A DNA stretch of 64,000 nucleotides from a bacterium (GTDB taxonomy: Bacteria > SAR324 > NAC60-12): assembly GCA_965205865.1 (NCBI GenBank), contig CBDBHR010000030.1:480001-544000 (forward strand). Reading direction: 5' to 3'. This document shows positions 53,525-63,614 of this stretch, in pieces; position 1 is the first letter of the stretch; every line of letters starts with the position of its first letter. A model generated the notes under the pieces. That model was not told where the DNA came from and did no database searches. It worked only from the letters and a program-made list of their open reading frames with translations. The translations under genes were made by a program, and so were the position numbers.

Positions 53525-55948
53525 TTAGCCGGCAAATGATTGCGCTCCCACTTCGGAGACAAGGCTCTCCTTTTCAAAGGCTTTGGAGTCTTTTTCATAC
53601 AATTTGGGGAAATATTCCAATCCGAAATGTAACGCTTCCTCCACGTTGACGACTGCCTGGATTTTCAATCCTTTTTTGATTTCATCCGGAATTTCAACCA
53701 GGTCTTTGGCATTGTCTCGAGGGATGAGAACGGTGTCCAGGTTTCCACGTTTTGCAGCCAGTAATTTTTCTTTCAATCCTCCGATTTCCGTGACATGACC
53801 ACGAAGGGTGATTTCGCCGGTCATGGCGACCTCGTGGCGGACCGGTATCTTGGTAAAGGCGCTGACGATGGAAGTGATCAAAGGCAGTCCCGCAGACGGT
53901 CCGTCTTTGGGAATGGCGCCTTCGGGAAGATGGATGTGTAAATCCGTCTTGCCGAAAATCGAGTCATCCAATCCTAAAAGCGCGACATTGGACTGGACAT
54001 ACGAATAAGCGGCCTGCGCGGATTCCTGCATGACGTCTCCCAACTTCCCGGTCAGGGACAATGCGCCACTGCCGTCCATCAAACTCGCTTCCACCAGCAG
54101 CAGTTCTCCTCCCATCGCCGTCACCCCCAGTCCCATGCTGATCCCCACTTTGCTGGATTCTTCCTTCATATCGTGCTGGAAGAGCGGAACTCCGAGCAGC
54201 TTGTGGACCATTCCGGGAGTGACAATGAGGTTTTTTTCAGATTTCGCGCGCACCAGTTTCGTCACGATTTTCCGGCAAATTTTTCCGATTTCACGTTCCA
54301 GGTTACGGACCCCGGCTTCCCGGGTGTAGTGTTGTATGATTTCGGTAACGGCCATACTGCGGAAAGTGATTTGATCCGCTTCCACTCCGTGAAGGGCGCA
54401 TTGCTTGGGCACCAGGAATCTTGTGGCAATATGATGCTTTTCCAATTCAGTGTACCCTGACAGATCGATGACTTCCATGCGGTCCAGCAGCGGTGGTTGG
54501 ATGTATTCCGTGGAATTGGCGGTACAGATGAATAAAACCTCGGAAAGGTTGTATTCCACTTCCAGATAATGATCCATGAAGGTGTGATTCTGCTCGGGAT
54601 CCAACACTTCGAGCAGGGCTGCCGCCGGGTCGCTCAACGGACTTTGGTAGACTTTATCGATTTCATCGATCAACAAGACCGGATTGTTGGTCTTGCTTTT
54701 ACGGATCGACTGAATGATTTTGCCAGGCAAAGCGCCAATATACGTACGCCGGTGCCCTCGGATTTCCGCTTCATCCCGGATGCCTCCTAAACTCATTCTG
54801 ACGAATTGCCGGTCCAAGGCTCGCGCTACGGATTTGGCCAGGGAGGTTTTCCCCACGCCCGGAGGACCGACCAGGCATAAAATCGGTCCTTTCAGCGTCC
54901 CTTTCAAATGAGCGACAGCAATATACTCGATGATGCGCTGTTTTACTTTTTCCAATCCATAGTGATCTTCATCCAGCCGTTTTTGGGCAATATCCAGATC
55001 AAAATTGTCCTTTGTTTTATTCTGCCAGGGCATGCTGACCAACCATTCCAGGTAATTGCGTACAACGTTCGATTCTGCCGACATGGGAGACATCAGTTTC
55101 AGTTTTTTCAACTCCTTGAGCGCCAATTCATCGGCCTCTTTCGACATTTTTGCTTCTTTGATACGTTGGGAAAGTTCTTCGATTTCAGTGCGAAATTCAT
55201 CGATCTGTCCCAGTTCTTTCTGGATGGAGTGGAGTTGGTCTTGCAGATAATCTTCTTTCTGCGAACCCCGGATTTGTTCTTTGGCCTGAGTTTTCAAATG
55301 GCTTTCCAGTTTGTTCACTTCGAATTCTTCTTGCAAGATCCGGCAGATGTATTCGAGGCGTTCATGAACGTCCGCACATTCCAGCAAGTCTCGTTTTTGT
55401 TCTTGACGGGTCTCGAGCAACGGGGCGATGCTATCGGCTAAGAGGAGTGAGTCGACGGACAGCAAGGATTCAAATTTATTTTCCGGAATTTTCTGCTTGC
55501 TGAATTCTTGATATTTTTCCAGGGCTTGTCGGGTTTTCCGCACGATTTCTTCAAAGCGCTCATTATCGGAAATTTGATCGACAATGGTCTCCACGCGCGC
55601 CAGATACATGCCTTCTTCCAGCTGAGTTTCCAGAATACGAGCGCGTTGTTTGGCTTCGAACAATACCTTGACGGTCCCGTTGGGCAGCCGCATGATTTGC
55701 AAGACTTTTCCGATCGTCCCGATAAGGAAGAGATCATCTTCCCGCGGAGTCTCCGTGGAGGAATTCTTCTGAGTGATCACGAATATCTCCCGGTCCGTGG
55801 CAAGTGCTTTGTCAAGGGCTTCCATGGAAAGTTTACGTCCCACGAAGAAAGGAAGGGTCGTTGCCGGAAAAACCACTTCTTCCCGGAGAGGCAACATGGG
55901 TAGGATCTTGGGTCGCAGCACATAAAATTCAGACATATATTCTCTCAA
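53525..55948 (-). CDS. lon: ATP-dependent protease Lon
   Basis: GPPGVGKTS, GHRRTYIGALPG, PKDGPSAG, MTGEITLRG, GLKEK. Confidence 0.97.
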   Translation of the reverse strand: MREYMSEFYVLRPKILPMLPLREEVVFPATTLPFFVGRKLSMEALDKALATDREIFVITQKNSSTETPREDDLFLIGTIGKVLQIMRLPNGTVKVLFEAKQRARILETQLEEGMYLARVETIVDQISDNERFEEIVRKTRQALEKYQEFSKQKIPENKFESLLSVDSLLLADSIAPLLETRQEQKRDLLECADVHERLEYICRILQEEFEVNKLESHLKTQAKEQIRGSQKEDYLQDQLHSIQKELGQIDEFRTEIEELSQRIKEAKMSKEADELALKELKKLKLMSPMSAESNVVRNYLEWLVSMPWQNKTKDNFDLDIAQKRLDEDHYGLEKVKQRIIEYIAVAHLKGTLKGPILCLVGPPGVGKTSLAKSVARALDRQFVRMSLGGIRDEAEIRGHRRTYIGALPGKIIQSIRKSKTNNPVLLIDEIDKVYQSPLSDPAAALLEVLDPEQNHTFMDHYLEVEYNLSEVLFICTANSTEYIQPPLLDRMEVIDLSGYTELEKHHIATRFLVPKQCALHGVEADQITFRSMAVTEIIQHYTREAGVRNLEREIGKICRKIVTKLVRAKSEKNLIVTPGMVHKLLGVPLFQHDMKEESSKVGISMGLGVTAMGGELLLVEASLMDGSGALSLTGKLGDVMQESAQAAYSYVQSNVALLGLDDSIFGKTDLHIHLPEGAIPKDGPSAGLPLITSIVSAFTKIPVRHEVAMTGEITLRGHVTEIGGLKEKLLAAKRGNLDTVLIPRDNAKDLVEIPDEIKKGLKIQAVVNVEEALHFGLEYFPKLYEKDSKAFEKESLVSEVGAQSFAG

Positions 55949-56043
55949 TTGACGGGTTGTGTCATACCAACTTCTTGCAACTCTGGTTTTTTGAATTTAG
56001 GTCAATTTTGCGAAAAAGGCACGAAAAATAAAGAGGAGCGTTT

Positions 56044-56568
56044 TTATTCTCCCGAAAAGCTGATGAGCGAGAAGACGGGATAGCGGGACAATTGCGCCTT
56101 CCCCTCGAGATCGGGCAACTCGATGACGAAGACGCATTCCACAACGCGTGCTCCTGCTTTTTCGACAAGGCGGCAAGCGGCGTTCATTGTTCCACCGGTG
56201 GCCAGCAGGTCGTCCACTACAAGAACCTTTTGCTGTGCCGCAATGGAATCCACGTGCATTTCCAGACGGTCTTTTCCATATTCCAGCTCATATTCCACTC
56301 CAATCGTCTCAGCAGGCAATTTGTCCGGTTTTCGAATCAAAACCAATCCTTTGCGCAAGCGATCCGCTAGTGCCGCTCCGATAATGAAACCTCGGGCTTC
56401 GATCCCGGCAATTACGTCGATCTGATAGTCTCGATAGCGGTTTTCCAGGATATCGAGAGTCTCGCGCAACCCTGTCGCATCCGACAACAGGGTGGTGATG
56501 TCCCGGAATTGGATACCCGGTTTGGGAAAATCCGCAATCGTGCGAACCCTGGCTTTCAATGATTCCAT
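56044..56568 (-). CDS. apt: adenine phosphoribosyltransferase
   Basis: DFPKPGI.FRDIT, EARGF, YELEYG, VDDLLATGGT. Confidence 0.96.
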   Translation of the reverse strand: MESLKARVRTIADFPKPGIQFRDITTLLSDATGLRETLDILENRYRDYQIDVIAGIEARGFIIGAALADRLRKGLVLIRKPDKLPAETIGVEYELEYGKDRLEMHVDSIAAQQKVLVVDDLLATGGTMNAACRLVEKAGARVVECVFVIELPDLEGKAQLSRYPVFSLISFSGE

Positions 56569-56819
56569 AAAACGTCTTCTATTTCAGGTGATGAAGTTGC
56601 TGAGGAGGAGTTTTCGTTATATTTATTTCCGCTCGTCGCAGGAAGCGATCGTAGGATCGTATCACGTATAGTCGCTTCACTCAACCAACCATTCGGTCCC
56701 GGTAGGAGTGATGTTTCCCGGATTCTCTTTCTTATTGTCTTTCGCGCCTTCTTGATTTACTCTTGCCACAGACTTCTGAATTTCATTGTAAAATCAACCC
56801 CTATCAAAAAAGAGGAACC

Positions 56820-57869
56820 CTGAAGGAAGGTCCCATCAATCTTTACAGCGACACGCAAACCCGGCCCAGCGCGGGGATGCGTCAGGCGATGGCAACTGCG
56901 GAAGTCGGGGATGAGCAGCATGGGGGTGACCCGACCGTCAACCGGCTCTGCGAGCAAGTCGCGCAGATGCTTGGTAAGGAAGCTGCTGTTTTCCTGCCCT
57001 CCGGTACGATGTGCAATGAGATTGCCATACTCGTACACTGCCGGCCTGGTGATGAAATATACGCCGACCGTACGGCGCATATCATAAACTCGGAAGCGGG
57101 AGGACCCGCAGCGTTTGCCGGCGCCCATCTGTTTGCGTTGCCCGGGGAAAATGGCATATACGCGGCAGAGATGCTCGAAAGCTCGATTCGCCATGAAAAC
57201 CGTCACAGTCCCCGACCACGGATGGTGGAAATCGAGCAAACTTCAAACCTGGGAGGAGGAACAATCTGGCCTTTGCATGAAATTCGAGCAGTGGCGGAAG
57301 TTGCTGATCATCGCAAACTGGCGCTGCACATGGATGGGGCGCGACTGTTCAATGCCGTGGTGGAATCAGGGGTGTCCGCCTCCGCATATTCCGTCTTTTT
57401 CGACAGTGTCTGGATTGACCTGAGCAAAGGATTGGGATGTCCGGTGGGGGCTGTATTGGCGGGAAGCCAGGCCTTCATTGAAGAGGCGTGGCGCTGGAAA
57501 CAGCGAATGGGGGGAGCCATGCGCCAGGCAGGGATACTTGCCGCAGCCGGCCTTTATGCCTTGGAACATCACATTGAGCGGCTGGCGGAGGACCATCGAA
57601 ATGCGCGCCGTTTGGCCGAGATCGTGACAGAGCGTGAGGGCGTCCGGCTGGCTTGCGAGGTAATAGAAACCAATATCGTCTTTATCGATGTATCCACCAG
57701 CGGGGTTTCCGCCGACCTGCTCAGCAAACGCCTCGAAGACGAGGGAATAAACATTGGATCTTTCAGCGAGACGATGTTGCGGGCCGTCACCCACCTGGAC
57801 GTGAACCGGGAGCAAGTGGAAACGGCAGGAGAAGCATTCCTCGCAACCGTCGAAATGCTCTCGAATTGA
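56820..57869 (+). CDS. ltaE: low-specificity L-threonine aldolase family (start uncertain)
   Basis: SDT.T.P, PSGTM.N, HMDGARLFNA, LSKGLGCPVG, GGAMRQAG. Confidence 0.88.
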   Translation: MKEGPINLYSDTQTRPSAGMRQAMATAEVGDEQHGGDPTVNRLCEQVAQMLGKEAAVFLPSGTMCNEIAILVHCRPGDEIYADRTAHIINSEAGGPAAFAGAHLFALPGENGIYAAEMLESSIRHENRHSPRPRMVEIEQTSNLGGGTIWPLHEIRAVAEVADHRKLALHMDGARLFNAVVESGVSASAYSVFFDSVWIDLSKGLGCPVGAVLAGSQAFIEEAWRWKQRMGGAMRQAGILAAAGLYALEHHIERLAEDHRNARRLAEIVTEREGVRLACEVIETNIVFIDVSTSGVSADLLSKRLEDEGINIGSFSETMLRAVTHLDVNREQVETAGEAFLATVEMLSN

Positions 57870-57989
57870 AGTCTTCTCCAGCAAGAATCGCAACAACCGT
57901 CCAACCTCCAAGCATTGCCGGTGATCGAATTCCCGCCGGTGCGGAATTCTTTGAAACGTTCCGCAGGTCCTCTCTCCGGGTTTTGAGAT

Positions 57990-58400
57990 TCAATGGGCAA
58001 CTTCTTTGACCATATTGCGATTCCAACCTGGAATTTCAACCACCACGTCTTCACTGCCATCAGGGATGCACTGGCAAGCCAGGCGGGATTCGGCTGTCAG
58101 GCCGGGAGCCAATTCCAGCATATCGTCCTCATCCTCACTCGCTTCATTGCAACTTTCGGCTCCTTCTCGCACAATGACGTGGCAGGTAGAGCAAGCGCAC
58201 ACGCCACCACAGGAATGATCGATTTCCAAACCATTTTTCGTCGCAATATCCAGGATTGATCCCAATTGCCCTTCGGAAGCTTCCTCGAGTTGGCCGGGGT
58301 CGACTTCCACGATTAAATTTTCGGGAAGGAAACGTATTCTATAGACGTTTTGAGGAAGACGCGCCTCGATTTCTTCAAGATAAGGATTGATGCCGGACAT
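57990..58400 (-). CDS. fdx: ISC-type 2Fe-2S ferredoxin
   Basis: HSCGGVCACSTCH, SRLACQ, N..KE. Next to cyaY. Confidence 0.9.
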   Translation of the reverse strand: MSGINPYLEEIEARLPQNVYRIRFLPENLIVEVDPGQLEEASEGQLGSILDIATKNGLEIDHSCGGVCACSTCHVIVREGAESCNEASEDEDDMLELAPGLTAESRLACQCIPDGSEDVVVEIPGWNRNMVKEVAH

Positions 58401-58471
58401 GGAGCGATTCTCTTGGAATTAAAAAAATGATTGATTTCTATTTGGGGAAAAAATTCTGCGGTTTTCCCATC

Positions 58472-58792
58472 TCAAAATTGTACGGATTTCCGGATGCGCT
58501 CTTCTATCAATTGCGCGAGGCGGTTATAAAATTCTTCTTGCTCTGCCCGGGCAATCCATTTTTGCGCTTCTTCCTCCCATTTGAAATGCCAGGCTCGAGC
58601 GCCTCCCGCCATCCAAATTTCATGGATGGCGCGCTGCGTGTTGATCACGAGGGGACTGCTACCATTTTCAAATTGGATCTCTATCTTTCCATCTGTCTTA
58701 TCATAGTCGACGTCTTCTTCGAATTCTTCCAGTTTGTCTTCCACGATTCGGAAAAGCTCATCGGCCTTATTGAGGTATTCTGCCATTTCCAT
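58472..58792 (-). CDS. cyaY: iron donor protein CyaY (frataxin)
   Basis: F.NGS.LVIN.Q...HEIWMA....HF. GGAG RBS before ATG 58792. Confidence 0.9.
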   Translation of the reverse strand: MEMAEYLNKADELFRIVEDKLEEFEEDVDYDKTDGKIEIQFENGSSPLVINTQRAIHEIWMAGGARAWHFKWEEEAQKWIARAEQEEFYNRLAQLIEERIRKSVQF

Positions 58793-59149
58793 GGACGCTC
58801 CTTTGTTTACAATTGGCGGGGGTTCAAATAGTACTTGATTGGTGCTATTTAAAAACAAAAAGCGCCGAATGTCAATAGTCGCCCTTGCGGGAAGCAGTCT
58901 TCCAACTGAAAATCTTTGTCCCCGAATGCCTGTCATTGCCTGTTTTTGTCATTTCCGGCTTGACCGGCATAAAAAATTCACGCGGAGCTGCAAAAATCGA
59001 AGATGCTCTTGACATTCCCGCATTTTGAATTAATTTGAGAAAGCGCCCGGCAAGACGCTGCGATGAGCAAGTTCGTACGAAATCGATGCTCTGGCTCTTC
59101 GAGATCGGGACATACCGTTATTTTCCAATATCCTGGCAATTCAACCATT

Positions 59150-59926
59150 ATGAACAAAATAAACCCCACTGCCATTGTTGAAAAAGGAGCGGAATTGGGG
59201 AACGACGTTGAAGTGGGCCCTTATTGTCGCATTGGTCCCCAAGTGACTCTCGATGAAGGGTGCTTCTTGCGTTCCCATGTCGTGATTGAGGGAAACACGA
59301 GGATTGGCAAGAGAAATTTATTCTTTCAGTTCTCCACCATCGGTTCCGATCCTCAAGATCTCAAATACGACCAGGAAGACACCCGTCTGACCATTGGAAA
59401 CGACAACACGTTCCGGGAAGGGGTTTCCGTTCACAAAGGCACCGAAGCCGGTCCGCGGGAAACGGTGATAGGCGATAACAATCTGCTGATGGGCTATGTC
59501 CACGTGGCCCATGATTGTCGAATCGGCAATCATAACATCCTCACCAACTACACGGGTCTCAGTGGTCACGTGATTCTGGATAATTACGTGACGCTGGGAG
59601 GCCAGAATGGAGTCACCCAATTCGTCAGGATTGGGGCCCACAGTTATTTTGGCGCAGGCACGATGATCGACAAGCATATCGCTCCTTACACCACCGGTTA
59701 CGGTAACCGCGTGCGGGTCAAAGGCGTGAACATCGTGGGATTGAAGCGACGGGGATTCTCCCGGGAGGCAATCAATAATATTCTGGACGTGCACCGCTTG
59801 TTTTTCCGTTCGGAATTGAATGAAAAAGATGCCCTGCGCACAATCGAGGAACAGTATGGGCATTTGGAAGAAATACGGGTATTTATCGATTTTGTCCGCT
59901 CCGTGGAAGGGGGAGTGCGAAAATAA
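59150..59926 (+). CDS. lpxA: UDP-N-acetylglucosamine acyltransferase
   Basis: I.PTAIV..GA, PQDLKY, HVAHDC, hexapeptide repeats, N.VGLKRRGF. Confidence 0.95.
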   Translation: MNKINPTAIVEKGAELGNDVEVGPYCRIGPQVTLDEGCFLRSHVVIEGNTRIGKRNLFFQFSTIGSDPQDLKYDQEDTRLTIGNDNTFREGVSVHKGTEAGPRETVIGDNNLLMGYVHVAHDCRIGNHNILTNYTGLSGHVILDNYVTLGGQNGVTQFVRIGAHSYFGAGTMIDKHIAPYTTGYGNRVRVKGVNIVGLKRRGFSREAINNILDVHRLFFRSELNEKDALRTIEEQYGHLEEIRVFIDFVRSVEGGVRK

Positions 59927-60008
59927 CCCCCCGGCTTGGAAAAATTGAAGGATATGGACCAGTTCCCTGTCCCTGACATGATTCATTTCTCAGGAAAAGA
60001 AACTAAAA

Positions 60009-61028
60009 ATGCAAGATCAACTCAATGCCCTCAAGGAAAAAGGGCTTCAAGAATTGAAACGACTCTCAGAAAGCGAACAACTCCCCCAATGGCACCGTCA
60101 GTACCTTTCCAAGAAAGGCGAGCTGACTCGATTTTTCAAGATGCTGGCCGGGGTGTCTCCCGGGGAAAGGCCCGTGCTCGGCAAATCGCTCAATCAAGTC
60201 AAACAAATTCTCACCGAGCAATTTGAATATCACCAGGAGCAATTGCGGGAAGAGAAACTCAACCGCTCCTTAAGCGACGCGATCGACGTCACCCTGCCAG
60301 GCCGTCCTTACTCGCGGGGCCATCTGCACATCAGCACTCGAACTCTGCGAAGGATCAGTACTATTTTTGGTGAAATGGGATTTCAGATTTATGAATCACC
60401 GGAAGTGGAAACGGACGAGTACAATTTTCAACTGCTGAACATCCCCCCCTACCATCCTGCCCGGGACATGTGGGACACGTTTTGGATCAATGACCAGGTG
60501 GTTTTGCGCACTCACACCTCTCCGGGACAAATCCGGGCCATGCGTGAATTTTATCCCGAACCCATTCGCATCATACTGCCAGGCAAAGTATACCGCTATG
60601 AACAAATCACCCCGCGTTCCGAACACCAATTCTACCAGATTGAAGGACTGGCTATCGGGCACAAAATAAAAATGACCGACTTGATTGGGGTGATGACCGA
60701 ATTTGCCCGTAAAATGCATGGTTCGGAACGGAAAATTCGCATCCGGGGCAGCTACTTCCCTTTCACCGAACCGAGCATCGAGATCGACATGGACTGCATT
60801 TTATGCGACGGCAAAGGATGCCGGGTTTGTAAATACACCAATTGGCTGGAAGTGGCCGGAGCCGGAATGGTGCATCCGGTCGTCTTGAAAAATGGGGGCT
60901 ATGATCCTGAAAAATGGAATGGATTTGCCTTTGGCCTGGGCTTGGAACGTCCGGTGATGCTGCAGCATGGCATCAACGACATTCGATATTTTTATGGCAA
61001 CGATCTCAATTTTCTGCAACAATTTTAG
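60009..61028 (+). CDS. pheS: phenylalanine-tRNA ligase alpha subunit
   Basis: HPARDM.DTF, LRTHTSP.QIR, YFPFTEPS, GFAFG.G.ER. Confidence 0.97.
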   Translation: MQDQLNALKEKGLQELKRLSESEQLPQWHRQYLSKKGELTRFFKMLAGVSPGERPVLGKSLNQVKQILTEQFEYHQEQLREEKLNRSLSDAIDVTLPGRPYSRGHLHISTRTLRRISTIFGEMGFQIYESPEVETDEYNFQLLNIPPYHPARDMWDTFWINDQVVLRTHTSPGQIRAMREFYPEPIRIILPGKVYRYEQITPRSEHQFYQIEGLAIGHKIKMTDLIGVMTEFARKMHGSERKIRIRGSYFPFTEPSIEIDMDCILCDGKGCRVCKYTNWLEVAGAGMVHPVVLKNGGYDPEKWNGFAFGLGLERPVMLQHGINDIRYFYGNDLNFLQQF

Positions 61029-61040
61029 TCACTTCCCGCC

Positions 61041-61457
61041 ATGGCGTTGACTGTTCATCTCCATAGCTTCGGCTACCTCTTATCAGGAATCCCCCAAGAT
61101 CCCGCAGGAAATGGAGGAGGATTCGTTTTCGACTGCCGTGGTTTGCCCAATCCGGGAAAAGAGGAACAATACCGCTTCTTAAGCGGACTGGAGCGTCCCG
61201 TTCAGCAATATTTTCAACAAATTCCTGCCGTTGCGCAATTTGCCGAAGCCTGCGCGCTCCTCGTCGAACAAACCATGCGCAGCTATCGAACATTGGAATT
61301 CACGGACCTGATGGTCTCGTTTGGATGCACGGGAGGACAGCACCGCTCCGTCTACCAGGCGGAATGGTTGGGACAGCGACTCGCCGGACAAGATGGCGTG
61401 GTGGTGGTCGTCACTCACCAGGAAAAGCCGCACTGGTTGTCGCCATCTTCATTTTAA
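61041..61457 (+). CDS. stand-alone RapZ C-terminal-like domain protein
   Basis: SFGY, FVFDCR.LPNP, GCTGGQHRSV. No P-loop domain. Confidence 0.8.
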   Translation: MALTVHLHSFGYLLSGIPQDPAGNGGGFVFDCRGLPNPGKEEQYRFLSGLERPVQQYFQQIPAVAQFAEACALLVEQTMRSYRTLEFTDLMVSFGCTGGQHRSVYQAEWLGQRLAGQDGVVVVVTHQEKPHWLSPSSF

Positions 61458-61521
61458 ATTTGATTTTTGAAGAAATTTTTTGTAAAAGGTATGTTTGTCT
61501 TTTTTGCAGACTCCTCAACAT

Positions 61522-61608
61522 GCCGAAGTGGCGGAATTGGTAGACGCGCTAGATTCAGGTTCTAGTGTCCGCGAGGACGTGGGTGTTCGAGTCACCTCTT
61601 CGGCACCA
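61522..61608 (+). tRNA. tRNA-Leu (CAG)
   Basis: Acceptor stem GCCGAAG/CTTCGGC, anticodon arm CTAGA-TTCAGGT-TCTAG, long variable arm, encoded CCA. Confidence 0.96.
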
Positions 61609-61637
61609 TTTCCCTCTGCGGACGCTTTTTTCTTAAC

Positions 61638-61710
61638 GGCCAGATAGCTCAGACGGTAGAGCAGAGGACTGAAAATCCTCGTGTCCCTGGTTCGATTCCT
61701 GGTCTGGCCA
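61638..61710 (+). tRNA. tRNA-Phe (GAA)
   Basis: Acceptor stem GGCCAGA/TCTGGCC, anticodon arm GAGGA-CTGAAAA-TCCTC, TTCGATT loop. Followed by CCT rather than CCA. Confidence 0.96.
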
Positions 61711-61732
61711 CCTTCTCCCTCGAGACGGATTC

Positions 61733-63094
61733 TCATGCTGCCTTCTTTTGCGGTTCCGACTGCCGCATTTGCTCCTGGCTATACATGCAAAGACCCAACA
61801 CGAGCAAGACGGCAATTTGCACTTCTCCATCCAGAAAATTATTCTCAAAAATCCCGGCCACTAAAAACCCCAAAATACCTGCGCTTCCTCCCAACAAGAG
61901 GCAGGGGTAAAAAGTCCATCTCCGGCTTTTCCGCAAAGCAGTCCAATTCTGCTGAAAAAGCAGAATCCAAATCAACGAATAGCTGAGCAAACTCATCAAA
62001 CCTCCACTGACCCAGATCTCCAGGTAAATATTATGTACGCCCGACTTCAGCCCCGTCAAAAAACGATAGCCGCTGCGTTGACTGACGAGTTCGCGGTAGC
62101 GAGGCATCACCTCCACTCTATTGCGCGCGCCGATCCCCCACCACGGGTGATCCCGGATGACATGCCATCCTGCTTGCCACAACATCAACCGCTCTTGATT
62201 GGCAACCGGCATGAAGGCGCTGCTGAAGCGTTGCCAGAGCAGTCCTGCATGGGAGTCGGCTCGTTGCGCTTTTCTTCCGGTGAATGTATAGCTGAACAGC
62301 ATCAATACGACGACCAGGCTGCCTGCCAGTCCCAAAATGAGAGGAATCCTGCGGCCAAAACGAAAACTCAAAACAAAGCCGGCAAACGCGCTGCCCAGCC
62401 AGATACTGCGTGACATGGAGAAAACGACGGCCGCCAACATGATCAAGACCACCAGGCCATACCATTTTCTCACTCTTGCCGGCAAATCCGGACAAAGAGC
62501 AAGGGCCGCCATCAAAGGGGCCATCAGCAGTAAATATCCTCCATAGGTCAAAGCGTGAGTGAAATTCCCTCGGGCGCGAAAGACAGTCTCTTCGCCAATT
62601 TTGTAGGAACCTAATTGCTGGTCGGGAGGACGCAGCCAATCCGCTCCGCTGAAAAACTGGATGACGCCATAAAGGGCGATGAGGCATAAAAATACGGAAA
62701 AAAAATGAAACCAGCGGGGAAGATTCAGCTGAGCAAAACTCAAATAGAGCGCGAATGGCAAAAACAATCGCCAGTTTTCCAAAAGAGCGCTTCCGCCCCC
62801 GCGCGTATAGGGGGAAAGCAATCCGGAAATCCAGACGCAAACGATAAAAAGCAGGATCGCCCGCCACAAACCGGCAGGCGCCTGCCAATAGTGACGGTTC
62901 AGCGTCACGTTCAATAAACAGATCAGATAAAGACCGAGAATGGTCGCTTCGCTACCGGAAATAGAGAAAGTGCTGAACAGCGCAAAGCAATACAGCAGCA
63001 CACGGTTGCAGGCAGGTGATTTGGCGATGATCAGCTGCCGGAAACGAAGTCCTGAGGAAGTATTTATTGGCTGATTCGTATTTTCGCTTTGCAT
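61733..63094 (-). CDS. O-antigen ligase family protein
   Basis: Multiple TM segments, RARGNF.H, SRS.W, ER..LW..G...I.DHPW.GIG, HNIYLE. Confidence 0.88.
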   Translation of the reverse strand: MQSENTNQPINTSSGLRFRQLIIAKSPACNRVLLYCFALFSTFSISGSEATILGLYLICLLNVTLNRHYWQAPAGLWRAILLFIVCVWISGLLSPYTRGGGSALLENWRLFLPFALYLSFAQLNLPRWFHFFSVFLCLIALYGVIQFFSGADWLRPPDQQLGSYKIGEETVFRARGNFTHALTYGGYLLLMAPLMAALALCPDLPARVRKWYGLVVLIMLAAVVFSMSRSIWLGSAFAGFVLSFRFGRRIPLILGLAGSLVVVLMLFSYTFTGRKAQRADSHAGLLWQRFSSAFMPVANQERLMLWQAGWHVIRDHPWWGIGARNRVEVMPRYRELVSQRSGYRFLTGLKSGVHNIYLEIWVSGGLMSLLSYSLIWILLFQQNWTALRKSRRWTFYPCLLLGGSAGILGFLVAGIFENNFLDGEVQIAVLLVLGLCMYSQEQMRQSEPQKKAA

Positions 63095-63110
63095 CCTTTA
63101 TTCATTCTTC

Positions 63111-63614
63111 TCAGCGCCATGTGCAATCCTGTTTAAATCCCTTTGGACATTCCTCCAAGACCTCCCACCGATTTCCATCGTCGGAAGCCGTGTGCAAACA
63201 CTTCAATAATACGAATTTGGTCTGATTCGCCGTCTTCCTCGTCCCTTCGGCATAAGCGAAAGGCACGGATATAACAGCAGCCACGGCAGCCCCCAGCAAA
63301 GCGCCTTCCGCGGAACTCTTGTCCAGATCGGGAGCTACGACCGTGCCAAGAACGGCTCCGACCGTGGCGGCTTCCGTAACATTCGTAATGGTTTCCAGTT
63401 CCCCCTCCTGAGACGCCGTGTTTTGACGATTCGCGGCAGCTTGCCGGCATACCGCCAATGCCTGTGAATAATACGCTTCGTTGCCTTCAAAAACCAAAAC
63501 GGCAGGCGTATATTGACCTGCGCCCAAGCCAGTCACGTTGACCGTACCCGACTGCTGAGCGCCACATCCCGTCAGAACGACGGATATGATAACGATCCAT
63601 AGATAATTTCTCAT
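63111..63614 (-). CDS. lipoprotein with a glycine-zipper-like segment
   Basis: AAAGGAG RBS, lipobox LTGC, GAVLG...GALLGA. Confidence 0.7.
   Translation of the reverse strand: MRNYLWIVIISVVLTGCGAQQSGTVNVTGLGAGQYTPAVLVFEGNEAYYSQALAVCRQAAANRQNTASQEGELETITNVTEAATVGAVLGTVVAPDLDKSSAEGALLGAAVAAVISVPFAYAEGTRKTANQTKFVLLKCLHTASDDGNRWEVLEECPKGFKQDCTWR

Noticed and set aside
61638-61713. tRNA-Phe T-stem mismatch and missing CCA as a sign of pseudo-tRNA or att site
   Set aside because: The cloverleaf is otherwise normal, CCA can be added enzymatically, and no duplicated 3' end or integrase was seen.
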